From Escherichia phage vB_EcoS-phiEc3: DNA of 45,288 bases. The stretch is from sequence record NC_073323.1. One strand, 5' to 3'. Below, one piece after another: positions 27,308 through 36,835 of the stretch. Numbering within the stretch: the first letter of the stretch is position 1; each line of letters starts with the position of its first letter. The position numbers and the translations under genes are program-made. Below the pieces are notes generated by a model. That model ran no database searches and was not told where the DNA came from. It worked only from the letters and a program-made list of their open reading frames with translations.

Positions 27308-27595
27308 CTAACTATAATAGTTCGCTATTAGGGCGTCAACCTGTTTAAACGAACCAACGACAAAAACATTAGCACCACGCTTACGCATCCGCTCGTGCTC
27401 CCGTAACTGGTGTGGATCCGGCTTCGTGCTTTCGTCTTTCTTTATCTCGACGAACCAGATGACGCCGCCGGGGAGAATTACCAGCAGGTCAGGGGCGCCG
27501 GAACGTCCTTCGTAGGAAAGTTTACGAACGAGGCCACCAATGGCCTCGAATCGGTCTTTTGCGTATTTCTGTATTTTGCCCTCAGGCGTACTCAT
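27308..27595 (-). CDS. VRR-NUC domain nuclease
   Basis: Motif VIWFVEIKKDESTKPDPHQ (PD-(D/E)XK-like); ATG at 27595 after GAGGGG (track starts at GTG 27631). Confidence 0.6.
   Translation of the reverse strand: MSTPEGKIQKYAKDRFEAIGGLVRKLSYEGRSGAPDLLVILPGGVIWFVEIKKDESTKPDPHQLREHERMRKRGANVFVVGSFKQVDALIANYYS
27311..27339 (-). promoter_or_regulatory. Sigma70-like promoter TTGACG-17-TATAGT with AATAG-N4-CTATT dyad in spacer
   Basis: Same architecture as 31071-31099 and 33982-34010. Confidence 0.5.
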
Positions 27596-27797
27596 CCACA
27601 CACCCCTCACGTTTCGTATGCGCAATACCACAGCGCGGACAGATCCGGCTGTCTTCTTCGTAGAACCAGTAAATTTTCATTCCAGCACCCACAGATAAAT
27701 TGTTACTAACATACCTAATACGGCAACCATCATGCCGTATTGACCCTCGTGACAGTAGACACCGGCGGCGAATCCCGCCAGTACCGCAATAATCAGT

Positions 27798-30062
27798 TTA
27801 CTTGGCATATCGCTTCATCTCCGCACCTTCAGCTACAAGAGGGAACCCCTCCGCCCATTCCGGCAATTCGCACATCAACCGCTCAAGCTCTGCTACATTG
27901 TATTCCGGTGAATCTGGTGTCTCGCAGATAATCTCATCGTGTACGTGAAGTACAATCGGGTAGCCGTTTGCTTCTACGTTCAGCAGGGCATTAGCCAGCA
28001 AATCACGGCACAATGCCTGAGTGCAGTTTTCCACCAGTTTACCGGAGTAGGTGTACTGGAAGCCCCACTGCCTGGTTAACTGATTTTCACCCTGATACTT
28101 GATGCGCACGTTAGTAGAAACTTTTCCGTCTTCGTCTGTCTCTTTTGACACGCTCAACCCGACGCCCGGGTATGACATAACGCGACCTGACGGCAACGTC
28201 ATGCGCAACCACCAACCAGCGACTTTGTTGCCGTTGTTGTCTGTTTCTACGTTGCGAGAAAACTTAACCCCGCGAGGGCCAGCGGTGAACTCTTTACCTG
28301 GATTGCGGATAGCTGCCATAGCGGCGTCTTCAATATCCCGCCAGAACGCTACTGTTTCCGGGTGGGACTCCCGCCACATACGCTTGATAGCGTCGCAGGT
28401 ACGCCACACTTTCTTATCAAGAATATATGATGGTCGGTCATCTTTTTCACCGGGCCGCGGAGGTCGCTTTGCTTCCTGAATACGCGCCCATTCATAGCCG
28501 CGTGCAGTAGCGGCCCATATATGGTCCGGGAAAGTACCGTCCATTGTTTTAGCCATATCAACCAGGTTTAAGCCGAGGTTCTTAGCAAACTGAACGAAAG
28601 CACCGACACCACCAGCATAGCCAAGTCCCAATTCACATGCTTTACCTATCTGGCGTAGGTCACTACGGCTTTCGAGAATGTAATCAGGGTCCATGCCGAA
28701 CATCTTACCCGCGGTTACACAGTAAATATCCAATCCCGCACGGAAGGTATCGAGAGCGGTTTCTTCTCCCGCCAGCCATGCCAACCCGCGACCTTCAACG
28801 TTAGAGTAATCAGCTACGACAAACTTACGCCCGGCTTCCGGTATGATGCAGCTACGCACCGTCGATGCCGTTAGCTTGGCTACATCGAAACGGCGATGCG
28901 CGCGGCCTTTAAACAACAGGTCGATTCCGTAGGACAATGGGTGTGTTACTCTCCACCAATCCTTCTCTGACATCCAGTCATAACGTACTTTCTTCTTTTT
29001 ATTCTTCGGGTCGTCGTGATAGTACCCACGCGCGAGGTTCTGCGGCTGGAAGCCTTTACCTGCAAACCGTAACGTACGCTTAGCTCCACCATATTGTATG
29101 CAACCGCGACGGCGGTCGTCAGAAGAGCGGCCTAACAGCAGCGGGTTATATTTCGTGGACGCTGTTGACGCGGCCCCGAGGCGCATTTCGATAATCGTGC
29201 GGGCGTCGTCAGGTAAATCATCATCGGCCAGCAGGTCATTCAGCGTCGACTTCTGTGCGTTGTGTACGCGGTGTGCGGGGGCCAGTTCACGTAGAATAGG
29301 CAGAAAGTCCTTACCGGTAAGCGAGCCGCCGTATTTACGTTGAGCTTCTTCCTGTAACTGTGCCTTGTGCTTCTCTACGGCTTCAATCGCGGCTTCCGCC
29401 AGTGCGACGTCAACCTTAAATCCGCGGTCGTTGATTAACTGGTCAAGTTCCAGTACACGGTCTTCGAACTCGGAGTTACCCCAACGCGGCAGCTTATGGA
29501 AGACTTCACGCATCGCAGTGATGTCGCTCACGGCGTACCTGATGAACATCGCCCACTCGTCAGGGTGAGTTTCTGCGGTGTAGCGGCGGATTTTGTAGTT
29601 CTTCGGCGTCGGTTTAGAGAAACGCTTAATCAGAGCCTTGCCGCGTTTATCTTTCGCGTTGTCTGCAGACACGCCCAGCACTTCGCACAGCGCATCAAGA
29701 GAACCCGGCAGCGCGTGACGGAACGCCCAAATCATAGTATCAATGGTGTTACTTACCGGAATATCAAAGCCCCAGCAGTGTTTCATGATTAGGCGATCGA
29801 AAAGTCCACCGTTGTGCCACACAATCTTGATGCGGCTGTTGGGCTTAACAAGGCGGCGCAGTGCGCGGTGCAAATCCCCCGGCATGTCGCTGCCGTCGGT
29901 GCAATCCCATACCTGCACAGGCTCTTCGTCAAAAGCATAGGTACAGATAAGCACTTCGGTTGACGGGTGTTCAGCGTAAGCGTAGGAACCTACTTTCTTC
30001 AAATCGATGTCGCTGTAGGTTTCAAAGTCTAAGTAAAGCAATGTGTTCATAGTCTGTACCAC
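27798..30062 (-). CDS. DNA polymerase, family A, with 3'-5' exonuclease domain
   Basis: Exo motif YLDFETYSD, Pol A motif A DYSNVEGRGLAWL, motif B RQIGKACELGLGYAGG, motif C VHDE; start may be ATG at 30050. Confidence 0.85.
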   Translation of the reverse strand: MVQTMNTLLYLDFETYSDIDLKKVGSYAYAEHPSTEVLICTYAFDEEPVQVWDCTDGSDMPGDLHRALRRLVKPNSRIKIVWHNGGLFDRLIMKHCWGFDIPVSNTIDTMIWAFRHALPGSLDALCEVLGVSADNAKDKRGKALIKRFSKPTPKNYKIRRYTAETHPDEWAMFIRYAVSDITAMREVFHKLPRWGNSEFEDRVLELDQLINDRGFKVDVALAEAAIEAVEKHKAQLQEEAQRKYGGSLTGKDFLPILRELAPAHRVHNAQKSTLNDLLADDDLPDDARTIIEMRLGAASTASTKYNPLLLGRSSDDRRRGCIQYGGAKRTLRFAGKGFQPQNLARGYYHDDPKNKKKKVRYDWMSEKDWWRVTHPLSYGIDLLFKGRAHRRFDVAKLTASTVRSCIIPEAGRKFVVADYSNVEGRGLAWLAGEETALDTFRAGLDIYCVTAGKMFGMDPDYILESRSDLRQIGKACELGLGYAGGVGAFVQFAKNLGLNLVDMAKTMDGTFPDHIWAATARGYEWARIQEAKRPPRPGEKDDRPSYILDKKVWRTCDAIKRMWRESHPETVAFWRDIEDAAMAAIRNPGKEFTAGPRGVKFSRNVETDNNGNKVAGWWLRMTLPSGRVMSYPGVGLSVSKETDEDGKVSTNVRIKYQGENQLTRQWGFQYTYSGKLVENCTQALCRDLLANALLNVEANGYPIVLHVHDEIICETPDSPEYNVAELERLMCELPEWAEGFPLVAEGAEMKRYAK

Positions 30063-30325
30063 GTCTGATAGTCTGCTTCTGTGAGATGGTCGTCGCGATC
30101 TTGTTTCTTGTTTTTACCGCGTTCTATGATTTCTGCCCAAGTCCGGTCTGGGTCTGTGTCTTCTATTAAATGTTTATGCTCCTCGCATGCATAGTGTTTA
30201 TACCAGTCTCGTACACCGTAAGCTGGAGGGTATTTAGTCATCCAAATTGCTCTAACTTTTTTACCTTCTGCCTTACAAAATTTGCAGTATGTGATGCGTC
30301 TGTATCTCTTAAGTTCCGCTGCCAT
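30047..30325 (-). CDS. Hypothetical Cys/His-rich small protein
   Basis: CxxC...CxxH pattern; overlaps polymerase start. Confidence 0.5.
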   Translation of the reverse strand: MAAELKRYRRITYCKFCKAEGKKVRAIWMTKYPPAYGVRDWYKHYACEEHKHLIEDTDPDRTWAEIIERGKNKKQDRDDHLTEADYQTWYRL

Positions 30326-30342
30326 TATTTTCGACCCTTAGT

Positions 30343-30365
30343 AAAAAGGCCCAATGAAGGGCCTT
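30343..30365 (-). terminator. Intrinsic terminator (AGGCCC-loop-GGGCCT, T run on minus strand)
   Basis: Hairpin with AAAAA on plus strand downstream of SSB-like gene. Confidence 0.55.
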
Positions 30366-30384
30366 AGTTAAACAGATTCAGATA

Positions 30385-31017
30385 TTAACCACGGCGACGA
30401 CGTTCGCGGCGCGGTGCTTCATCTTCTTCGTCGTCTTCCAGGTCGTCGGTGCTCGCTACTACACTGGAGCCGCCGAAGCGTTTACCTTCGCCCATATACT
30501 TGATGCCGAGGATGGTAGCGCACAGGTTTTTCCAATCTTTGTGCCACCATAATTCTACAGATACGTTTGCGATACATCCGCTATATACCTGCTCGCCTTC
30601 TATTTCTTTCCCGTCGATGTTGAAATCAGGTTCGGTTTGTTTTTCACCTTTAGCCGATGTCATAATCACCGGTTGGCGGTTGTTTGTAGCGCGGAAATAC
30701 AGACCTTCTTCAAAATCCTCAATCGGATTATCTCGCATTGCCAGGTCACGGACGCAGCATTTGTCTGCGTGGTGGTCTACACCGTAGTTGGCCTTCATCC
30801 ATTTCTCGGCAGCAGCGGCCCCGATTGCATCTGTTACAACTTCCAACGCGGTGTCGTAAAGCGCATCAATTTGAGGATGGTCAGGCTGCATAAGAACAGT
30901 AACCTGATACTTACCCTTAATCAGTTTACCGGTTTTCTTGTCCTCAGAGTCGGCGGCACGTTCAAATACGTTAACCCAAGCAGTGTTTACTTTACGCAGA
31001 TTCAGTTTAATACCCAT
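30385..31017 (-). CDS. Single-stranded DNA-binding protein (T7 gp2.5-like, acidic tail)
   Basis: Acidic C-terminus DDLEDDEEDE and overall gp2.5-like layout; own promoter and terminator. Confidence 0.5.
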   Translation of the reverse strand: MGIKLNLRKVNTAWVNVFERAADSEDKKTGKLIKGKYQVTVLMQPDHPQIDALYDTALEVVTDAIGAAAAEKWMKANYGVDHHADKCCVRDLAMRDNPIEDFEEGLYFRATNNRQPVIMTSAKGEKQTEPDFNIDGKEIEGEQVYSGCIANVSVELWWHKDWKNLCATILGIKYMGEGKRFGGSSVVASTDDLEDDEEDEAPRRERRRRG

Positions 31018-31070
31018 CGTGATTTCTCGCTTTTAAGTTTACTCCGGGAGCTGCCCGGCCAGTGATTAGA

Positions 31071-31099
31071 ACTATAATAGCTAACTATTCATGTGTCAA
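31071..31099 (-). promoter_or_regulatory. Sigma70-like promoter TTGACA-17-TATAGT with AATAG-N4-CTATT dyad
   Basis: Perfect -35, 17-nt spacer. Confidence 0.55.
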
Positions 31100-31318
31100 A
31101 TAAAATTTTGCAATAGGGATTATGTTCTCGAAATTAAGCATATTGGCCGGTTCGAACTCATCCTCTACAGGGTAGTATCGCATCATGGTACCGTTCAAGA
31201 ACGTGAACGATTCCGAGTGTAGATACCCATCCCAGCGCCATACCATCAAAAAATCTTTATCAGTCGGCATTTCATTTACTTGAATCATTCTAAATCCTCC
31301 TCTGTAACTTGATTCCAC
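31085..31318 (-). CDS. Hypothetical protein, 77 aa
   Basis: ORF coupled to upstream nuclease gene. Confidence 0.45.
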   Translation of the reverse strand: MESSYRGGFRMIQVNEMPTDKDFLMVWRWDGYLHSESFTFLNGTMMRYYPVEDEFEPANMLNFENIIPIAKFYLTHE

Positions 31319-32526
31319 TCAGGACGTTTGTCATCTGCCGTTGCGACGCATGGCGCACCGGGCTTACGGGTAATGAAGTCTTTCAGTTCTTCTTCCGGTA
31401 CAATTTTAACCGCTTCGGTCGGTGTCATAAGAACTACCTTTTGCAGCATAGTACCGTACTTCTCGAATACTGCATCGGTATCTTTCCACGCACGATTACC
31501 CGGGCGTCCTTCAACCAGTTTATACCCCGGCACTTTCTTACCGGAATGTAACGCAGCAGCCATAGCTTTCTCAACCTTGTCGATGTGCTGGCGCAACAAC
31601 GGCAACTTCTCATACTCAGCTACGAGTTGCTCTGGCGTAAGCTCAAGTGCAAAGTCGTCCTCCAGTTCTTCAGCCAGTACAGAGTTAACGGTTTTTGTAC
31701 GCGCGGCGCATTGTTCAGAGAACCGGCACCACTGGCAACCATCTACCGACGGCTTAAAGTCTGACGCTTTCAGGTCCTTCTTGCCGCGGAAATAAGCATC
31801 AAGCGCTAACAGCGCGCGTTTCTGTGCGAACTTAGCGAACAGTTCCAGTCCTTCAACCGAGATGTCCCACTCTGTCGCACCCCCAGCGTAAGGCTGGAAG
31901 ATGACCAGACGAACGGTTGTTATGCTATAACGTCTCTTGAGTCGACGATAAACACCGAGAGCGTAAAGCATAAGCTGCTTGTTTTCTTTCGCTTCGACGC
32001 GATGCCGCCCGGTTTTCAGGTCGCCGATAATGAGCATGTGCTCGTCGGTGTTTGCCAGTTCCTGGACAGCAACGAGGTCAGCGGTTCCGAACGTCTCAAC
32101 GCCTTCATACCCCGGATGCAATACCTCAGTAAGATTAACACGCATTTCCAGCTTGGCGTAAGTCGCTACGTCTATAATCGCTTTGCAGTAGTCGGTGTAC
32201 TTGCGCACCTGCTCAATCATGTCCGCCGTAATCAGTACCGCGCCTTTCATCGGGCTGATTAGTGCCTTAATCTGGCCTTTGCCTTCATCCAGCACGTAAG
32301 CACCGACTTCACGCTCTAACGGCAGCGCAGTTCCGCGAATATAAGCGTTGAGATGGACCTCAGCTATGGTGTGCATTGCCGTGCCTAATACAGCGGCTTT
32401 ACCTGACGTGTTAGGGATATCTTTTTCACAGGCCAGTGATGCCGCGCAACTTAGCCACTTTTTAGCCCCTGACGGCGACAGTAAGGCATGTACATCGTTA
32501 TTGCCGCCGCGTTCTTTAAGAATCAT
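31285..32526 (-). CDS. PD-(D/E)XK exonuclease, Cas4/RecB-like with Fe-S cysteine set
   Basis: N-terminal Cys plus C-terminal CQWCRFSEQC (C-x2-C-x5-C); IGDLKTG nuclease motif. Confidence 0.65.
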   Translation of the reverse strand: MILKERGGNNDVHALLSPSGAKKWLSCAASLACEKDIPNTSGKAAVLGTAMHTIAEVHLNAYIRGTALPLEREVGAYVLDEGKGQIKALISPMKGAVLITADMIEQVRKYTDYCKAIIDVATYAKLEMRVNLTEVLHPGYEGVETFGTADLVAVQELANTDEHMLIIGDLKTGRHRVEAKENKQLMLYALGVYRRLKRRYSITTVRLVIFQPYAGGATEWDISVEGLELFAKFAQKRALLALDAYFRGKKDLKASDFKPSVDGCQWCRFSEQCAARTKTVNSVLAEELEDDFALELTPEQLVAEYEKLPLLRQHIDKVEKAMAAALHSGKKVPGYKLVEGRPGNRAWKDTDAVFEKYGTMLQKVVLMTPTEAVKIVPEEELKDFITRKPGAPCVATADDKRPEWNQVTEEDLE

Positions 32527-32885
32527 CGTAAACTCTCCAAATACAAGTTTAATGCCTGTAACTGTTCTTCTGTAGGAATGAAAGAATCATCGCGATGTAA
32601 GTCGCTTAACTGTTGCAACATTCCTGCGAACTGACGTCTTGCGTCAACAGCGTCCATGTGATGCTTTTCACTTTTATATATTAATGTTTTCGGGTAATCC
32701 TCAAGCCTGCCAGACGATTTATTCACGCGGAGCGCACGAGCTTCATGCACAATGTGAATGTACTTTTTGCCGTTTTGTAACACAGTAGCTACGCCGCTGC
32801 TCTTTCTGCGGTCGCCGACTGTGTAAACCTTGTCGCCACTACGCAGATTAAGCCACCATTTATCGGTCATACCCTGTTCTCCCAC
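32523..32885 (-). CDS. Hypothetical protein, 120 aa
   Basis: ORF in coupled array. Confidence 0.5.
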   Translation of the reverse strand: MGEQGMTDKWWLNLRSGDKVYTVGDRRKSSGVATVLQNGKKYIHIVHEARALRVNKSSGRLEDYPKTLIYKSEKHHMDAVDARRQFAGMLQQLSDLHRDDSFIPTEEQLQALNLYLESLR

Positions 32886-33139
32886 TGGTCAATTAAATGT
32901 CGTGTCTTATGGTCGCAGTGCATGGTCCACCCATACATCGACTCGAAGACATAAAAGTCAGGCTTGGCGAAAGTTGTGCGCTTAATCTGTGACACGTGAC
33001 GGCCTATATCTTTAGGCCGTGGTACTTTTCCTAAGTACGCCATCTCTTCCATCTGGTGCGCACCGGACGGAGCACGCAATAGCCATAGCGCCTCTGTGTT
33101 ATCCCGCCTGTCGACGGCTCGGTAGAGTTGGTAAATCAT
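32867..33139 (-). CDS. Hypothetical protein, 90 aa
   Basis: ORF in coupled array. Confidence 0.45.
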   Translation of the reverse strand: MIYQLYRAVDRRDNTEALWLLRAPSGAHQMEEMAYLGKVPRPKDIGRHVSQIKRTTFAKPDFYVFESMYGWTMHCDHKTRHLIDQWENRV

Positions 33140-33156
33140 AATTCCGACCCTCAGTT

Positions 33157-33176
33157 AAAGCGGCCCGAAGGCCGCG
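33157..33176 (-). terminator. Terminator-like hairpin (GCGGCC-CGAA-GGCCGC)
   Basis: GC stem; short T run on minus strand. Confidence 0.35.
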
Positions 33177-33182
33177 AGATAG

Positions 33183-33701
33183 TTATTCTTCTTCGAAATA
33201 CTTGTTCTTGATTGCTGTCAGGCGTTCCAGGTACTCAACCAGGTCTTCGTCTTTAATCGCGGCAATCTTCATCTTCTTACCTGTGAACTCTTCCAGCAGT
33301 TCATCAGAATCATCGCACGCGGCATCGCTAGGACCTTCATTAATTGCATCGTCGATGGCCTGAATCTGGTCACGCAGAGACTTGTAATCGACTTCTTCTT
33401 TCTCTTCTTCCGGTTCGGGCGCAGGTTCCTCTACTTTAGCTTTACGCGGCTTGCGTTTTGGCTTCTCTTCCTCCGCCGGTTTAGTGTCAACTACGTCTTC
33501 ACCCTCGACCGGGATTTCTTTTGTTTCTTCTTTTACAACAGTAGGCGTGATTGTTGCAGTTTCTGCGACACCACTGTCGACGTCTTTACCATATGGCGCC
33601 GTGATAGCCTTCGGCAGTTCAGTACGGCGTGCACTGTTCGCAGCAATCAGTTCATGCGCAACTACGAAACGTTCCAGTAATACTAAGAATTTCTCTAACA
33701 T
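33183..33701 (-). CDS. Hypothetical acidic protein with Lys/Pro-rich linker
   Basis: 172 aa, KPKRKPRKAK segment and acidic C-terminus. Confidence 0.5.
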   Translation of the reverse strand: MLEKFLVLLERFVVAHELIAANSARRTELPKAITAPYGKDVDSGVAETATITPTVVKEETKEIPVEGEDVVDTKPAEEEKPKRKPRKAKVEEPAPEPEEEKEEVDYKSLRDQIQAIDDAINEGPSDAACDDSDELLEEFTGKKMKIAAIKDEDLVEYLERLTAIKNKYFEEE

Positions 33702-33725
33702 TATTTATTCTCCTGTTTATTTGGG

Positions 33726-33953
33726 TTACTCGCCGTCGCCTTCTGTAAGGCTATCGTCTATTAATTCAAATTTACCGTTTGGGTGTTGAATAGCTTCTTG
33801 CCCGCAATGGTCGCAGACAACAAGTTTATCGAACCCATCAAACTCGTCCCCGACTACGCAAGAAAGTACAAATTTATGTTTTGTGCACACTTCCTGCGAT
33901 TCTCCGAAAATTACCCGGAAACATTTAGTTATAGCTCCAGTGATTATGTTCAT
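33726..33953 (-). CDS. Hypothetical Cys-rich small protein
   Basis: C...C...CDHC pattern; first gene downstream of promoter at 33982-34010. Confidence 0.5.
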   Translation of the reverse strand: MNIITGAITKCFRVIFGESQEVCTKHKFVLSCVVGDEFDGFDKLVVCDHCGQEAIQHPNGKFELIDDSLTEGDGE

Positions 33954-33981
33954 ATCTTCACCTCTCGTTTGGTATGGGCTA

Positions 33982-34010
33982 ACTATAATAGCGAACTATT
34001 CACTTGTCAA
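33982..34010 (-). promoter_or_regulatory. Sigma70-like promoter TTGACA-17-TATAGT with AATAG-N4-CTATT dyad
   Basis: Perfect -35, 17-nt spacer; divergent from HTH gene. Confidence 0.55.
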
Positions 34011-34014
34011 TGGG

Positions 34015-34043
34015 CTTTTCTAAAATAATTAATATGGTACTAT
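34015..34043 (+). promoter_or_regulatory. Candidate promoter for HTH gene (TACTAT -10, weak -35)
   Basis: -10 TACTATTCA matches conserved element; AAGGAG RBS at 34061. Confidence 0.3.
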
Positions 34044-34074
34044 TCACACATCAACTGACTAAGGAGTAATTGAC

Positions 34075-34290
34075 ATGCAACCATCCGAACTAGGCATCCG
34101 TGTAGAGCAACGCCGTAAAGAACTCGGCATCTCCCAGCGCCGTCTGGCTGTCCTGGCCGGTGTCTCCCAGGGCGCAATTAACCAGCTGGCTCTCGGTGTA
34201 ACTCAGGACGTCCGCCCGGCAACGTTGTTTAAACTGGCGGAAGTGCTGGAAGTAGACGCTAAGTGGCTGGCGTTCGGTGAAGGGGCTTGA
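34075..34290 (+). CDS. XRE-family helix-turn-helix transcriptional regulator
   Basis: HTH pattern LGISQRRLAVLAGVSQGAINQL; own RBS and terminator; opposite strand to neighbours. Confidence 0.7.
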   Translation: MQPSELGIRVEQRRKELGISQRRLAVLAGVSQGAINQLALGVTQDVRPATLFKLAEVLEVDAKWLAFGEGA

Positions 34291-34306
34291 CGCCCCTTTC
34301 TTTTTA
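34281..34306 (+). terminator. Intrinsic terminator (AGGGGC-TTGAC-GCCCCT then T run)
   Basis: Overlaps HTH stop codon; TTTCTTTTTAT tail. Confidence 0.6.
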
Positions 34307-34501
34307 TTGCACCTTTATCGGGTATCTTTTGCGAAACTTACCTAACCCGCAGTACACGCTGTAAGCCTCTGTGTAACTGAACACAACATGATACCCGCGC
34401 CCATAAGGAACTACGTTAAGAACTTCTACTACTTCGCCTCTGTGGTTGGTGTATTTATTACCTTTCAGTTCGTCGCTTACTTCTTTAAATTTACCGCTCA
34501 T
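34304..34501 (-). CDS. Hypothetical protein, 65 aa
   Basis: ORF coupled downstream of primase-helicase. Confidence 0.45.
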   Translation of the reverse strand: MSGKFKEVSDELKGNKYTNHRGEVVEVLNVVPYGRGYHVVFSYTEAYSVYCGLGKFRKRYPIKVQ

Positions 34502-36777
34502 TCCAAATCCTCCTCTGTCACTGTCAACATTTCATTCGGTTCGTATATTGTCTTTGGAATCTTGTTATCAGTTATTCTGGTGTTCAGCCTGTAACGACCT
34601 GGGATTATCTGATTGTTTTCGTCAGTACCCGGAACAAGATACCCAGCCTCAACCATTTTCTTAATCTTCCCGCGTTCTATGGCTTCTTTGGAGTTAAACG
34701 CCTTTGCGTTGGGGTCAGACTGCGCGAGCTTATTCGCTGCGGATACCGTGATGCCCTCGTTGCCGTTGTAGGTCCCCTCCGCCAGTTCAAACGCCGCGAG
34801 TATCGTGGCCTCGGAACTGTTGACGGCGTTCTCTATGGTTTTACGTACATTTTGTTTACCTTCGTTAGTTAACCCTTCTTCCCTCTCTTTCTCCTCGTCG
34901 GTCTTGAATGGCTCGAAGCCCCACGGCATCAATACAAGCGCCTTGTGCGGCTCAGGCAGGTCGAGGTTTACTATTGTGCCGTATTCCTCTGTGCTACCGA
35001 GGAACTCAACCGCGCGGTACTCTTTCGGCGGCGGTGCTTCACGGAACTGTACAGACTCCAGTACCATGCCAACCGTCTTCTGTTGAGGACCGTGCTTAAA
35101 TTTAGAGTGGTATACGTTTATCTGACGGTCGGTAGCGCGTTCGATTGTCAGTTCCACGTCGACACCCGCATACAATGCTCCACTGCCGCGGGCTTTCTTT
35201 CCGCCCTTCGGAGTATGGTGAACGACACCGACAGCGGCTTTAGTTGCATCGCGCACTTCTTTCAGGATGGCGATAACTTTACCCATACCGATTGCCGTTG
35301 ATGAACTGTTCTCGTCGAACTTATCAATCGTCAGGGCCAGCGTCTGGTTAAGGGTGTCGAAGGCAACCATGCCAATAGGTTCATCCCCTGCGGTTTCGCG
35401 CATCCTGCGGATTAGAGCTGGAATTTTTTTATCACCATGCGTAGCGAGTATTTCGCCCATATCGATGACATGTACATAATCTTTACCTTCCTCGCCATAT
35501 TTAGCCGCGAGTGCATCAATACGTGTTCGTGTAGCTGCACCACCCTCGCCGTCAATATAGAAATGGTGGCAACGTTGGGTGTCAGCCCCCGCAAACCGGT
35601 ACCCGGCGGCGCTCAGGTACATCATCCCCAGCGTATAGAATGATTTGTACGTGCCGGATTCCCCGACAATATCCCAGATACAATCCGACGGCATGTACCC
35701 CTCAACGACGAAATCAGCCTTTACCGGTTCTGGTAACTCGTCCTCTTCTTCAAGGTCTTCCAGGTCGTCGAGGCTGCATGAGACAGATTCACGCGCCCCC
35801 CAACCGATGGCCTCTGCGACTTCACTGAACGGCAGCCCGGTCGCATCGCACGCGTACTTCCACACCTCTTTCGGTGACAGGCCTTCTGTCGCCGTAATGT
35901 CTGTGTCGTGAATCATGGTTACGTTTGGCGCTTCATACCCCTCGCGCGGGAAGCACAGCAGGAAGTCGTCCGGGCGCGGTGTCGGGTCGCTGTAGTTTTC
36001 GGCATGTTCCGGTGTGGCTGGCATCTTAAGGCCGCGCGGCGTCATGACGCCGCCGTACTCAAACGCCAGTGCTTCAAACGCGTCTGTAAACGCGGTGCGC
36101 AGTTCTTCCGGTATCTGGTAATCCGATGCGCTGCTAACGTCAACGGCTGGGATGCCTTCCAGTAACTCGTTCGGGTCGATCAGGTCGTTGCGGCGCGACC
36201 AGATAACGGTAGCGCCGACCGGCGGCAGGTACATCGGCTGCGACAGAGTGAACCCGCTGCGGTCAGCGCCCATGCCTTCGAAGAAGTGCTCCAGCAAGCC
36301 ATGACGAACACGGATGATGTCGCCGCCTTCAACCGGGCGGCTCAGCGGCATGACGACGCGAAAGCGCGGTGACTCATCGGTATGTGATGCCGTGGTGTAG
36401 AGACACATCGCCCGGCGGCTGCGATTAACCAGGCGCACCGCTTCCTGGTACTCTTCCGGTGTTGCACTGTCGAAGTCCAGATACGCCAGCGACGATTTGC
36501 TCACAGACGCGTCACAGCGATAGAAGAAGCCTTTACGCGCTTGCTTAAAGTCACCGGTTTCCGGGTCTTTTACAGTGCTGTGCGCAGAGTCGCACGCGGC
36601 AGTAATATAGCCTGGCGCTGTCTTCGGGTTGATCCCGTCACGAACAGCATCGAGCGGCTGGATTAACTCTTTCAGGTCATCCAGTGTTGCCGTGTGTGTG
36701 GTTCTGACGTTTATATCCTTTTTCTCTGCCCGCGCGTTGCGACGTGACCACGAGTAGGATAAAATTACATCGGACAT
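34498..36777 (-). CDS. Primase-helicase (prim-pol-like N-terminus, RecA-like NTPase C-terminal half)
   Basis: YLDFDS and TASHT motifs N-terminally, P-loop-like GESGTYKS, 759 aa. Confidence 0.6.
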   Translation of the reverse strand: MSDVILSYSWSRRNARAEKKDINVRTTHTATLDDLKELIQPLDAVRDGINPKTAPGYITAACDSAHSTVKDPETGDFKQARKGFFYRCDASVSKSSLAYLDFDSATPEEYQEAVRLVNRSRRAMCLYTTASHTDESPRFRVVMPLSRPVEGGDIIRVRHGLLEHFFEGMGADRSGFTLSQPMYLPPVGATVIWSRRNDLIDPNELLEGIPAVDVSSASDYQIPEELRTAFTDAFEALAFEYGGVMTPRGLKMPATPEHAENYSDPTPRPDDFLLCFPREGYEAPNVTMIHDTDITATEGLSPKEVWKYACDATGLPFSEVAEAIGWGARESVSCSLDDLEDLEEEDELPEPVKADFVVEGYMPSDCIWDIVGESGTYKSFYTLGMMYLSAAGYRFAGADTQRCHHFYIDGEGGAATRTRIDALAAKYGEEGKDYVHVIDMGEILATHGDKKIPALIRRMRETAGDEPIGMVAFDTLNQTLALTIDKFDENSSSTAIGMGKVIAILKEVRDATKAAVGVVHHTPKGGKKARGSGALYAGVDVELTIERATDRQINVYHSKFKHGPQQKTVGMVLESVQFREAPPPKEYRAVEFLGSTEEYGTIVNLDLPEPHKALVLMPWGFEPFKTDEEKEREEGLTNEGKQNVRKTIENAVNSSEATILAAFELAEGTYNGNEGITVSAANKLAQSDPNAKAFNSKEAIERGKIKKMVEAGYLVPGTDENNQIIPGRYRLNTRITDNKIPKTIYEPNEMLTVTEEDLE

Positions 36778-36835
36778 GTTGTATTTCCTTCAGCAAATAA
36801 TTTGGCCTCGGCGTTCACCGCGTCGGGGCTTTCTT

